Made by a program: the position numbers and the translations under genes. Below, in pieces: positions 1-10,489 of a stretch of 64,000 bases of DNA (its first letter is position 1; each line of letters opens with the position of its first letter). Source of the stretch: Schizochytrium sp. TIO01 (Eukaryota > Protista > Bigyra: Labyrinthulomycetes); contig SMSO01000032.1 of NCBI GenBank assembly GCA_004764695.1, positions 8,402,483 through 8,466,482 of the forward strand, given 5' to 3'. Below the pieces are notes generated by a model, which ran no database searches, was not told where the DNA came from, and saw nothing but the letters and a program-made list of their open reading frames with translations.

Positions 1-474
1 CTTTCAGATATGCAGAACGGCAGCATGATTATCGACCAAGTCAGACACAACTGTTCATGAGGCCTGACGACAAAGGTGCCATCATTTGATATCATCCTCA
101 GATTTGCTTTTTTCTCAAATGTGGTGGCAGTACCTAGGAAGTCTTTAGTTTCTTCTTATTAATTTACGAAGATTCGACTGTCAAGTACCCACCAGGCGGA
201 AGTGCATTCATGCAAGGATAGATCTCATACTCATAGAATGATCTTCTTATGAACGATTAACATTTTCTTTCTTGTGCAACAACTAATGTATATGGTGACC
301 CACCTGAACCCTGAGGTAGAATTGCTTGCACATGGTATGCCCTACTATTGCAGCGAGCCCATGTATGCACTGGTTCATAAAAACGCCAGGAGCTACTGCC
401 ATTGTGTCGCACAAAGACTTGCGTTCTCGCACCTCGCGCCTTAAGTTCTCATAACTTGAGAACGGCTGGAGCAT
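1..474 (-). CDS. Possible 5' part of a spliced gene running off the window edge (exons 474-304 and 133-<1), weakly reminiscent of a cation-channel N-terminus/S1 start
   Basis: ATG at 474; phase-0 donor CAG|GTGGGT (intron starts 303); phase-0 acceptor CTTCCTAG| before 133. The frame stays open to the window edge as VLPPHLRKKANLRMISNDGTFVVRPHEQLCLTWSIIMLPFCISE. The similarity to the 'F-I-I-x-P...W' pre-S1 motif of CNG/HCN channels is by eye only. Confidence 0.25.
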
Positions 475-1313
475 GGATATTAATCCTATTGTATCACTAC
501 AAAAGTCTATTTGTCACAGTATAACCTATTCTATCTCTAAAATGTTCTATAGTGATAAAAAATGTATATTTCACTTGAAGACACAGAATTAAGTCCGCTT
601 GTGAACGCGTCCTTTCGAGTTGTTCTTAGGTAGGTGCTAGGTACCTACATACCTATGTTTCTTTCAAGGTTTGTTTCTCATTCTTTCTTCGCAGTAGTAA
701 TCAAAGGTGCTTCTGCAGTGCCGAGACCGAGAGAGAAACTCGGTCAAGACTGAGCTCCAGGCTCAAATACACGCGCAAACCGCCTAAATTCAGGCGAACA
801 AAGCTGAACCCAGTGCGGAGTGGCACCCCCGCGCCTTTTAGCTTCGCTGGAAAGGCCTTGTGGGTGGAGATGCGCATGGATGGACTTGGGCGCGGCGAAA
901 GCACAAGTCTGCATATTCTTTATTAATAGAGTTAGATAGTCGTAGAAGTAGGTAGTATTATTAAAAGTAATAGATAGGCAATCGTGAGCAAAAACTACAC
1001 ATAGAAGATAGCAGTGGCGTCTGTTTTGGAGAAGTCGTGCAGATTTTTGCGCAAGAGCTCGATATCCGTAACACACATATATTTGTACAGAAACGTTGAG
1101 ACTACTGCAAAATTTGTGTGGACTTGCACATTTGTGAGGAATTCGACTACTCAGGTGGGATTTGGGTGGCTTCTGGAGCTCTTCTCTTGCAGCAGTGCAA
1201 GCCAAGAGACTGGAGCATTGTAGTTGTGGTGCAGTGACAATCTGCAACTGTTTTTTAAATAGGTGGAAGTTAAGTATCACAAGATTACGCAGTTAAGAGT
1301 GTTGTCGAAAATT

Positions 1314-3302
1314 ATGGGCTCGGCGCCCAGCTGTGCGCAGCCACGACATCTGCTCAACGAAGGCACCCACATTCCCTTTCATGAAAATATCACGCTAGAT
1401 CAGCTGCCTAATTACTTTAAGCAGGGATCGTCTTGGCAAATTGCAAATGGAACGTCTGGACAAGGATTTTTCGGTGCCTTGGTAGTGCGTGTCGAAGGCA
1501 CCACAGTGATCTTTAGATCTGCTGTTGATGGTCGCGAAATTAGAATTAATTTGAGTGACCAGAAGCAGTGGGGCCGCATCAGACAACCCCCTCAAACTGT
1601 TAATAAAACTATCGCAGATGCTATGGAAGTGGATAACCCCATGGACCCTCAAGACTTAAGTGGTGGAACCCTGGTGGAGGTCCGCCGCCAAAATGGAAAA
1701 TGGGTCCCTGCAACTATTGAAAGCATCGATCCCACCACAGATTCTCTTCTTGTAAAATATACCCCCAACCATGAGTCATATATGCACGGTAGTCACCAGG
1801 CAAGAGCTCCTGAGACAGAAAACTTGCGATTGCAACAGGGTCATAATTGCCGCGTACGCTCTTTTCACAGCAAAGGTCCCGTGAAGCTCAATGGCATTAT
1901 TTATGAATCGCTTATTGAGCAAGCTACTACGCAGATAAAGCATGTACCCACATCGATATCAACTGATAAAGGTCGTGAACTTATAACTACAGCACATATT
2001 GGACTTCACGGCGCTGTTGATCCATATGATGAGCATATCCTCTACAACGAAGCGACATCACAAGGCTGGTACAATCAAGAGCAGCTGTCTCCCCATGCTC
2101 AGATTTCACAGCCTCAGGTACAATCGCCACATAATTATTACAATCAGGATGTGCTCGATACGCACCCGGACAAAATGGACTTGTACGCTCTTCGAAACCA
2201 TGGCTGGAGGCGAGGTTATTACACACATCTGAAAGGAGGTGTGCGAGGATTGGCGAATATGGGAAATACATGCTTTATGAACTCTGTACTACAAAGTCTA
2301 ATGCATTGTGGCATGCTCGCGGAGGCCGTTATGGAAATGCCTCTTGATGAAGCTAATTCAGGTAATTTAAAGCTTACGCTTACTTTTCGTGAAGCCTTGC
2401 TTGAGCATTGGAAATCTTCCTTTGAAAGCTCATTTCGGCCGCTCGCTATCAAGACAGTGATGGCCAAAAACGCCCCTCAGTTTATTGGAAACCAGCAACA
2501 CGATGCCCAAGAATTCCTCGTCTATTTTTTGGATGCTCTACACGAGGAGCTCAATGAAGTAAAAACCAAAATCTACAAAGAAATTGATGACTCAAAGTGT
2601 ATCAAAGATGAAGAAAAGGCAAGATTGTGGTGGGATAATTATGAGGCTCTAAATCGCAGCTGTGTGAAAAATATATTTGTTGGCCAGATTCGTTCTCGAG
2701 TTAAATGCTCTCAATGCAGTAACATCAGCGTTGTGTTTGATCCATTTTGGAATTTGAGTGTACCTATTCCAAATGAGCAGAGTTGTTCACTAGCTCAATG
2801 TTTAGGGGCCTTCATTGAGCCAGAGTCTTTAACAGGGGACAACAAATGTTATTGCACGCGATGTAAAGTGTGTACCGATAGTTTTAAGGAGATCACGCTT
2901 TTTCGTTGTCCGGATGTCATTGTCATTCATTTAAAACGATTTCGCGCACGTGGCAGCTCAATGTCTAATCTGCATGGGCGTAGTACTCGTGGATCAGGCT
3001 TTGCCAAACTTGTTACAGAGGTTTCGTTTCCTGTTGAAGAAGTATTAGATCTTCGGCCATTTTGTGCACCACAGGCTCACCAAGACCAATATGACCATAA
3101 GGAGCCCTTGATCTACAATCTTGTAAGTGTCGTCAACCATTATGGAGCATCAGGTGCACATGGGCATTACACTGCAGACTGCTTCGTTCCAAATCGAGAA
3201 CAGTGGTACCACTTTGACGACTCGAGTGTGACACCTACAAGACCACAGTCCTTAGACCGCCATAGTGCGTATGTCATGGTATATGCCCGTGCCACTGTTT
3301 AA
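1314..3302 (+). CDS. Ubiquitin-specific protease (peptidase C19, USP2/8-like catalytic domain) with N-terminal extension
   Basis: Cys box GLANMGNTCFMNSVLQ, QQHDAQEF, Zn-ribbon CxxC pairs (CSQC, CTRC), IHLKRF, His box HYGASGAHGHYTA and HFDDS. First ATG is at 1314 (MGSAPSC); the track's 1263 start is GTG. Confidence 0.95.
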   Translation: MGSAPSCAQPRHLLNEGTHIPFHENITLDQLPNYFKQGSSWQIANGTSGQGFFGALVVRVEGTTVIFRSAVDGREIRINLSDQKQWGRIRQPPQTVNKTIADAMEVDNPMDPQDLSGGTLVEVRRQNGKWVPATIESIDPTTDSLLVKYTPNHESYMHGSHQARAPETENLRLQQGHNCRVRSFHSKGPVKLNGIIYESLIEQATTQIKHVPTSISTDKGRELITTAHIGLHGAVDPYDEHILYNEATSQGWYNQEQLSPHAQISQPQVQSPHNYYNQDVLDTHPDKMDLYALRNHGWRRGYYTHLKGGVRGLANMGNTCFMNSVLQSLMHCGMLAEAVMEMPLDEANSGNLKLTLTFREALLEHWKSSFESSFRPLAIKTVMAKNAPQFIGNQQHDAQEFLVYFLDALHEELNEVKTKIYKEIDDSKCIKDEEKARLWWDNYEALNRSCVKNIFVGQIRSRVKCSQCSNISVVFDPFWNLSVPIPNEQSCSLAQCLGAFIEPESLTGDNKCYCTRCKVCTDSFKEITLFRCPDVIVIHLKRFRARGSSMSNLHGRSTRGSGFAKLVTEVSFPVEEVLDLRPFCAPQAHQDQYDHKEPLIYNLVSVVNHYGASGAHGHYTADCFVPNREQWYHFDDSSVTPTRPQSLDRHSAYVMVYARATV

Positions 3303-3746
3303 CTATAAGCAGAGCACCAGTCTGTCCATTACATACTTCAAGCTCTGCGAACCAGCTTTAGCAAAATGTTCGCACTTCTTAGCGAAGACAGCACAATCAC
3401 CCTGAAAAAAAAACTTGAACTTATAATAACACATTGACGTTATATTTTTTCCCTTAACGTTGCAATCATGCCTTGACTAGAACTTTTACTCAAGGAACAA
3501 ATCTGATTGGGGAGCCTGTGACCCGTAACGCAACCAGCAAAAGTCATGGAGGAATAATTAATGAATTTCTTGATAACACAAGGTACAGCGAACAGGTGTA
3601 CAATATAGTAAGTCGGAAAACAAAAAAAACAAAGGATCATGTAAATGGACAATCTAATTCATAAAACAAACAGCTTCCGTATGGGTGGCAGTCCAGGAAC
3701 TTGAACGTATAGGTGAAGGATATATATGTGTGTGTAGCAGTGTCTT

Positions 3747-6140
3747 TCAGATTTGTTGTCGACGAGAAGCACGGTTGCGCTGCGCAGAAGGTGAGGAAGA
3801 CGCAGTCTTCACCTTTTTAGTTGCGCGAGCAGGCATGTCATCATCAGCGGCATCCTCATAGTCTCGCTCCTGTGCATCCAGATCCCCGGTGGATGCCTCA
3901 GAGTTTGATTCAAGATCGTCGCCGTTATTGCTCTCCTCATCTTCCTCATCGTCATCAAGTTCCACCTTTTCTCCCTCGCCCTCTATGGTGCGAATAGACG
4001 GCGCACGGTAGGTTTCAAGTTTTTTGTTGGCTAGGACATGGTCAAGCATTCGAATACGCAGCGCAGAGTTGTTTGTCTCGTGTACAAGTTCCACGTTACC
4101 ATTATTAGCCAACTGCAAGGAAGCCAGGAAGGCACGGCATACTTCGAATTGCTGAATTCCCTCTTCAGCTTCTTCAAATGTAGCAGAGGCCGTCTTGCGT
4201 TCTTGTTCCTTTTCATGTGCATCTGACGTCGACAAGGCTCCGAGGCGGGAGCTGAGCTCCTCAAATGAAAGCTCCTCAGGCAATTTTCGTGCATCCTCGT
4301 TGTCCTGTCCTTCTTCTTCGTCGTCATCAATATTAACCTCAAAACCATTCAGCAACCGCTCGCCATATGCATGAATATCGAATGGCGGGCGGTCTGCTTG
4401 GGCCTCCAAAAATGGCTCAATTTTGTCTTCCCATTGACGTACTCGAGCGTGTAACTTGGATTCTGAGGCCCACTCGTTTGCAGACTCCATATACCGTTGC
4501 AAATGAGCACGAACCATATCAACATACGAGTCCGGTGCTGACGAGTGCAAAGCAGTTTCATCTAGATGCAAAGCTCCAGAGCTGTAAGCTCCTCCAAAGG
4601 GCTCATTTTCATCATCAGAGTGCGCTCCAAAATCCAAGTCGCCTCCTCCATGGTACATGTCATCATCATTGTTGTCAGCTTGATCTGCTTCCTCAAAGTC
4701 GCCATCTGCGACATTATCAAAGGCGAGGTGCATTGCAGCTGCTTCTTCCTCATCCTCTACATCTTGTGCATGCTCAAAATCATCATCCTCATCGTCTCCA
4801 CGATCTCCTGTGACTGAATTCTTGTTCGTTGCTGCGGCGGCCGCCTTACGAGCGCGCTGGTTTTCGCGCACCATGCGTCTCCGCTCGCTTGCGTATGCCC
4901 TAAATTCGGGGAAGAGGACCATATCCGAGCGCAGAGGTAGTCGCGCTGCAAGACGTGGGTTCACTGCCACCGAGAAGAGAAGATCGCAGTACGTGCGATC
5001 AAGCGTGGCTGCCTTTGAAGCCTCCGCATCCTTGCGCAGGCTTGCAGGCACCTTCCATGTTTTCCCCGGCTTGAGCGGTCTGTTATCCCTCGCACGACCT
5101 TCTTTATGCGGATCAAGTCGTGCCCAGGGGTCCGCTGCTTCGCTATCGTTGTCATCGTCATCTTCATCATTACCTTCGTTATCAAGTAACAAATCGCCGT
5201 CCTCTGTGTGAGCATTATGCTTTCGAAGAAGTTCTGCGCTTGAAGGTGGCTGAGCTCCAGGGCGTAAACCGAGCGCTGTTTCCTGCTGGCTCGGCGATGC
5301 GAATCCATCCATGTTGTCGTCGTGAATGTCGTCATTATTGTCCTCAAGCTCCTCATTGAAGAAGTACGGAACTTCGTCGTCATCATCTGCAGACTTATGT
5401 GCTTTAGTAATGCCATCATCGTCATCATCTTCGTTATCCACACCAGCGTTATCTTCATTGTGCTTGTGACGACCCTTTTCTAGGATGAATGCTCCTGATG
5501 CATCGAGGCTACAGCTCATCATGTTAAAGGCGGCGTTGCGATCGCCAAGACCAGCGCGCCCTGCGAGAAGAGCAATGGGCACGCGGTCTCGGAGTCCATG
5601 GTTACGATTCGCACGTACTTCTTCGGGGTTGAGCAAGGTGTTGGCTGCAACAGGAATAACATCGTCGAGAAGCAGAAATTGCTCTCGTTCTTCGACTGCA
5701 AAATCTGCGAGACTCTTGCGAGGCTTGCGACGCTTTCTGCCATTACCTTCAGCCCCTTCAATCTCGTCTTCGTCGCGGGCATCGCAGAGAAGGTCAAGGG
5801 TCTGGAAGACCAGCTTGTACAGGTATTCGACCTTCTTGCTGTAAACGAGCGAGGAGTTCTGGATCACAAGAGCGGCCTCGGCGAAGTTCAGTCCAACGTC
5901 TCCACCTTCAAAGTTGATTCGAATGTGCTCCAGGTCCTCAAGGTAGTTCATGAGCTCTGAAGCGATATCAATATTCCAGTTCTTGGCCATATCTTGGATG
6001 GGTTTGAGCATGTTTGCCACATTCATGCCGCTCTCGACCTCCATGCCATTCCCAGCGCCCTCTTCCAGACGTTCTCTGTCATCATCTGCAGTTTCCTCTG
6101 CAGCCTTAGAGCTCCTTGCAGATCTTGAGTTTCGCGCCAT
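3747..6140 (-). CDS. NCAPH2: Condensin II complex kleisin subunit H2 (CAP-H2)
   Basis: N-terminal LKPIQDMAKNWNIDIASEL...LNFAEAALVIQNSSLVYSKKVEYLYKLV and C-terminal W(EDKIEP)...PPFDIHAYG...FEVCRAFLASLQLANNGNVEL are diagnostic CAP-H2 motifs. First ATG at 6140. Confidence 0.93.
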   Translation of the reverse strand: MARNSRSARSSKAAEETADDDRERLEEGAGNGMEVESGMNVANMLKPIQDMAKNWNIDIASELMNYLEDLEHIRINFEGGDVGLNFAEAALVIQNSSLVYSKKVEYLYKLVFQTLDLLCDARDEDEIEGAEGNGRKRRKPRKSLADFAVEEREQFLLLDDVIPVAANTLLNPEEVRANRNHGLRDRVPIALLAGRAGLGDRNAAFNMMSCSLDASGAFILEKGRHKHNEDNAGVDNEDDDDDGITKAHKSADDDDEVPYFFNEELEDNNDDIHDDNMDGFASPSQQETALGLRPGAQPPSSAELLRKHNAHTEDGDLLLDNEGNDEDDDDNDSEAADPWARLDPHKEGRARDNRPLKPGKTWKVPASLRKDAEASKAATLDRTYCDLLFSVAVNPRLAARLPLRSDMVLFPEFRAYASERRRMVRENQRARKAAAAATNKNSVTGDRGDDEDDDFEHAQDVEDEEEAAAMHLAFDNVADGDFEEADQADNNDDDMYHGGGDLDFGAHSDDENEPFGGAYSSGALHLDETALHSSAPDSYVDMVRAHLQRYMESANEWASESKLHARVRQWEDKIEPFLEAQADRPPFDIHAYGERLLNGFEVNIDDDEEEGQDNEDARKLPEELSFEELSSRLGALSTSDAHEKEQERKTASATFEEAEEGIQQFEVCRAFLASLQLANNGNVELVHETNNSALRIRMLDHVLANKKLETYRAPSIRTIEGEGEKVELDDDEEDEESNNGDDLESNSEASTGDLDAQERDYEDAADDDMPARATKKVKTASSSPSAQRNRASRRQQI

Positions 6141-6711
6141 CTTCTCAGAAGAGATATTTGCCGTCGCAGATTCCAAATTCAGATTTGGTCCTCGCTGCAA
6201 CGAACGGGCCTGTAAGCATACACAGGCCGACCCAACAGGTCAAAGAGTGAGTACGACCAAGCACGGTCCACCCAGACCAAACCCGCGCCGTCCGCTCCGC
6301 GCAGACTGGCCCCTGACTCAGTTTTGCGGGTCTGCCTCCACGCAGGGATCGCCAAAATAAGACTTTGTCTCTCAAAGCATCTACTACTCCACAACAGAAA
6401 CAGAGAAACAGAAACAGAAACACCAAACCCGCATTCTCTACTTGCGCCCACACCCCTCTATAGACTATACTTCTATAACCCACTTTGCGAAGATTCGCCC
6501 TAAATGGGTTATACAGCTATAACCCACTGTGCGCAGGCCCAAGTAAAACTAAGAGCGCAGGTGTCTAACCGCCGCAGCCGTTGCAGGCAAAAGCAAGGGA
6601 GCCAAAACATACTATGTCAGACAGCATTCCCAGCTCCGCATGCAACGAAGGGCCGCAGCTATTGGCGAAGAGAAACTCGAGCCATTCCAGCTACTATTGG
6701 GGTCGCAGTGC

Positions 6712-6753
6712 CTGGCTTCTCGTGCATTTTGGCTGGCTTCTCGTGCATTTTGG
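6712..6753. repeat. Perfect 21-bp tandem duplication (CTGGCTTCTCGTGCATTTTGG x2) in the NCAPH2/PPTase divergent intergenic region
   Basis: Directly visible; a partial third unit (CTGCCTT) follows. Confidence 0.9.
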
Positions 6754-6992
6754 CTGCCTTCCTCGCTCTCTTTGCTCGCAGAGGTTCACAGCACTTGACT
6801 ACCTACGTAGTGGAGAGCTGTGAAAGAGAGGGAAAAAGAGAAACAAAGAGAATGGGAAATGAGAATGAGAAATGAGGAAATGAGAACACTGTGAGAAACA
6901 CAGACATAACTCGAAATGGAGCAGGCACCCTCACAATCAATCCCTAGTTCTGTTCTTGAAGGAGGCTTGGGGGAGCTGAGAGCGCTGCACAA

Positions 6993-7808
6993 ATGGCGGC
7001 CTTCGAAGGTGCCGGCGCAACGAAAGGCCAAGTCACGGCGTGGGCACTAAATGTGGAGAAGTGGCAGCCGGACGAGGCGACGGTCCAGGCCCTGCTCGAG
7101 ACTGTGCAGCCTGAAGAACGTACGCGCATCGAGAAGTTCAGATTTGATGTGGACAGGCGAAGAGCACTCGCGGGGAGGGTAATGATTCGCAATCTTATTG
7201 CAAAGGAGTTTGCAGTGCAAAATGCGGATATCGAGTTAGCACGCTCCGACAAAGGCAAACCCGAGTTGGTGAAACCCAATCCTGGCAAATTTAGCTTTAA
7301 CTTGTCACATCATGGCTCGTGGGTTGTGCTCGTCTCGCACAAGTCTCGAGTCATTGGCGTTGACGTTGTTAAGTATGAACACCCACGGGGTTCTCGTTCT
7401 CTGGAGGACTTTTTCACCACCATGAGCAAGTCATTCACGCCGGAGGAATGGGCATATATCCGCAATGGCGACGAGACTGGAGATCTTCTTGGTGACGAGC
7501 ATCTTAAGCGCTTCTACAAAGAGTGGAGCCTCAAGGAAGCCTACATCAAAGCCATTGGCGTGGGCATAGGATTTGGCCTTCAACGAGCTAGCTTTGAACC
7601 CCGCGAAGACGATACCGCACAACTCGTGCTCGACGGAAAGGTTAACGAAGAGTTCACCTTCCAAATTACACATTTAGATGAGAACCACTGCGCTGCTGTG
7701 GCACTTGAAGCATCAAATGACACTACAGAGGAACCTGTTAAGATTGTATGGACCCACCTCGATTATCCCACCGGGCCTGGGGAGAGTGAAGAGGCATCTA
7801 GCTGCTAA
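6993..7808 (+). CDS. AASDHPPT: Sfp-type 4'-phosphopantetheinyl transferase (AASDHPPT/LYS5-like)
   Basis: Motifs GKP, FNLSHHGSWVV, IGVDVV and F...WSLKEAYIKAIGVGI; single exon, 271 aa. Confidence 0.93.
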   Translation: MAAFEGAGATKGQVTAWALNVEKWQPDEATVQALLETVQPEERTRIEKFRFDVDRRRALAGRVMIRNLIAKEFAVQNADIELARSDKGKPELVKPNPGKFSFNLSHHGSWVVLVSHKSRVIGVDVVKYEHPRGSRSLEDFFTTMSKSFTPEEWAYIRNGDETGDLLGDEHLKRFYKEWSLKEAYIKAIGVGIGFGLQRASFEPREDDTAQLVLDGKVNEEFTFQITHLDENHCAAVALEASNDTTEEPVKIVWTHLDYPTGPGESEEASSC

Positions 7809-8540
7809 GTATGATTTTAACTTGAATTTTATTAAACAGAAAGCTTGATGGTCAAACTGACTCCTGCTATTTTGTATCTTTTCATGGTTAGTGATAGTAA
7901 ACTTCACTGAAATATGAAGGTCGAGCTGTCGTTTGCTTGCTCCTCGCTTTGTTCCTGTGACTTAATTTGATAATGGATTTATTCATTGAGCTTCTTTTCC
8001 TCTGTACAGGCATAGGCTGCCTTCATCCGGATAGTACCACTGTATGTCTATTGATTGTTTTGATTTGACGTATGCTGGTGCGAAAAAAGTGTTCTATGTG
8101 ATGTTGCCTGAACTGCGTGCTACGTTACGATTAACTCATTTCTGCACAAAGGTGTAGATAAAACTCGCACACGGGACATTATTAACAACCCTGTTGATGT
8201 TTGAAGGACTATCTAAAGAAGAAGTTTGTGCGCTTCACACCTGACATTTGGCAAATCCTTTCAGTGCAACGAGAAAACATAAAGAGTGTAGTTTGGACCG
8301 ACCCCTTTGGTAGTCACCTCAGAGTGGTTTACAAAGTACATTGTCTCAGATTTATATTTATCTGTTAGAATAATCCAAAAAATCAGTTTAAGACTTCACT
8401 CTAACCTAATATGCAGCAATGTGGATCGCACGCAATCAAAAGAAAACAGAAGCAAAAGATTTGTAAAAACGTAAAAAAGATAGATTTACCACATAAGAGA
8501 GGGAGGGGGGGAAGACAAGGCAGTCAAGGCGGGACCTAGT

Positions 8541-9344
8541 TTACTCATCGGAGGTGACACCCTTGATGAACTTGCGGAGGGCATCGCACTGTGCGTCAAC
8601 GCTCTCACCAGCAGACTCAATGGTCTTGATGATGATGCTGCCCATAACAGCACCCTCGGCGTACTTGTGGACCTCCTTGACGTGCTCACGGGTGTTGAGT
8701 CCAAAACCAACGACGAGAGGGATCTTGAAGTGTGATCTGACGCGGTCGGTGAACTCCTTGAGGTCCTCAGGAAGCTTGTCACGAGCGCCAGTGATACCAG
8801 TGACAGAAACACAGTACACGTATCCAGAGCCAAACTCAGCGATCTCACCAAGACGCTTGTCAGTGGAGGTCGGTGCCACAAGCGGCACGTAGGCGAGGTT
8901 GCCAGCAGCGCAAGTTTTGGCAAAAGCCACTGCCTCAGGGCCAGAGAGGTCGACGGCAATGAAGCCACTGATGGTGGCCTCTGCGCAGTCCTTGACGAGC
9001 TTCTCTTCGCCGTACTGCGCAAACGGGTTCCAGTATCCCATAAGGATCACGGGGACGGTGAGACCCTGCTTGCGAGCCTCCTTGACCATCTCGAGAACAT
9101 CCTGAAGCTTGATACCGTTCTTAAGGGCCTCAAAGCTGGACTTCTGCACAGTGGGACCGTCAGCGAGAGGGTCGGAGAAGGGCACGCCAAGCTCAATCAC
9201 ATCGGCACCACCCTCCTGCATGGCGAGCATGTGCGGCACGGTGGCTTCCTTGGTCGGGTAGCCCGCGGTGACATAGGGAACGAAGGCGGCGCGCTTCTCA
9301 TCAGCAGCCTTGGCGAAAGCCTTTTCGAGATCAGGGATCGTCAT
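8541..9344 (-). CDS. trpA: Tryptophan synthase alpha subunit (stand-alone)
   Basis: PYVTAGYP, VIELGVPFSDPLADGPTVQ (catalytic Glu and Asp), LMGYWNP, VSVTGITGAR, VVGFG and GAVMGS. ATG at 9344; strong C/G third-position bias. Confidence 0.96.
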   Translation of the reverse strand: MTIPDLEKAFAKAADEKRAAFVPYVTAGYPTKEATVPHMLAMQEGGADVIELGVPFSDPLADGPTVQKSSFEALKNGIKLQDVLEMVKEARKQGLTVPVILMGYWNPFAQYGEEKLVKDCAEATISGFIAVDLSGPEAVAFAKTCAAGNLAYVPLVAPTSTDKRLGEIAEFGSGYVYCVSVTGITGARDKLPEDLKEFTDRVRSHFKIPLVVGFGLNTREHVKEVHKYAEGAVMGSIIIKTIESAGESVDAQCDALRKFIKGVTSDE

Positions 9345-10489
9345 CGTGTAGAGAAAATAAAGCGAGAGGAAAGATAAAGAAGTCAAGCAGGGACACCGGT
9401 CCGGAGTGAAGGAGAGATTGGAGTTTGCGTCGGAGGGAGAAAGGTCGAACGATCGAGCGATCGGAGGCCAACTTAGACTTACTTGGCCAAGTACAATCAA
9501 TCTATTACATTAATTACTTTACATGCATGGCCATAGGACCAACCTAAGTCTATCTACTGCAAATCATTAAAGCATTCGTGCTCTTTTCTTTCTTTTCCTT
9601 TCTTACTTAGCGTACTAATTATTCTGCTCTGCTTTACACAGAACAGAAACTACTGCGTTCTGACATCTCGAAGAGTTGAATATGCACATGATCGCTGAGC
9701 TCCCCCGCCTCGTTCGCACCGCGATGCCTTGTCCATGAGGCCTTATTGAGAAGCAGGAGGTATAAATAAATTCGACTCATTGGCGAGAAAGTGAATGTTC
9801 TAGTACCGAGGCGCTTCCAATGTGCGGCTGTGCACAGAATGCATTGACTTTGCTTTAAGAGGAAGGCAAAGCAGGTAAGTAGGATAAAGGTAGAATACTT
9901 CATATTGTGGGGCATTTTATTGTAGAGTATAGAAATGCCGTACAATAGTGAAATGGACCCAAAGCAGGTTATTGGGGGAGGCAGAAGAATGATGCAGGAA
10001 GCGGAAAAAGAGGTCTAAGAGAAAGAGGTCTAAGTAGTCAATGACGTAAGCTAAGCCCATCTTGATGACATAGAAAGCAGTAGGTAGGATAAAAGCAGAG
10101 CAGAGAACCGGTGCTCTTCGGCGAAACGCAAGTAACTGGCAAGAACTTGTCGATGGAGTTGGCATGTGGGCGTATCTTTCTAAGAGCTTGCACAACGCTT
10201 GGTTATTTGGGAGTAAAAGTTTAAAGCTTCCCATTTTGCATAGATGTTGGTGCAAACATTTATTTGCAGGCGTAAGGGCCCGGGAACGAAGATATCGTTG
10301 TAATAGTGAGCGTGATTTTGGAAGGCTTAATTGCACAATCCGCATGTTTGCCAACCAATGCTTCTTCCCCTTTGACAACTATTCTGTCATGTACTACGAA
10401 TGCTGTAGACACGCCCGCTGGCAAATTAGGACGTGAATTGATAAAATTAACTTTAATTTGATCACGGATTAGTATGATGAAAGCTAAAG

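Noticed and set aside
6712-6753. Short direct repeats considered as a CRISPR-like array (also ~23671-23700 and ~10007-10034)
   Set aside because: Two adjacent copies without unique spacers; simple tandem duplications in a eukaryote.
9345-9500. 52-aa N-terminal extension (possible transit peptide) on TrpA
   Set aside because: It starts at TTG in a CT-rich 5' UTR-like sequence; the first ATG is at 9344.
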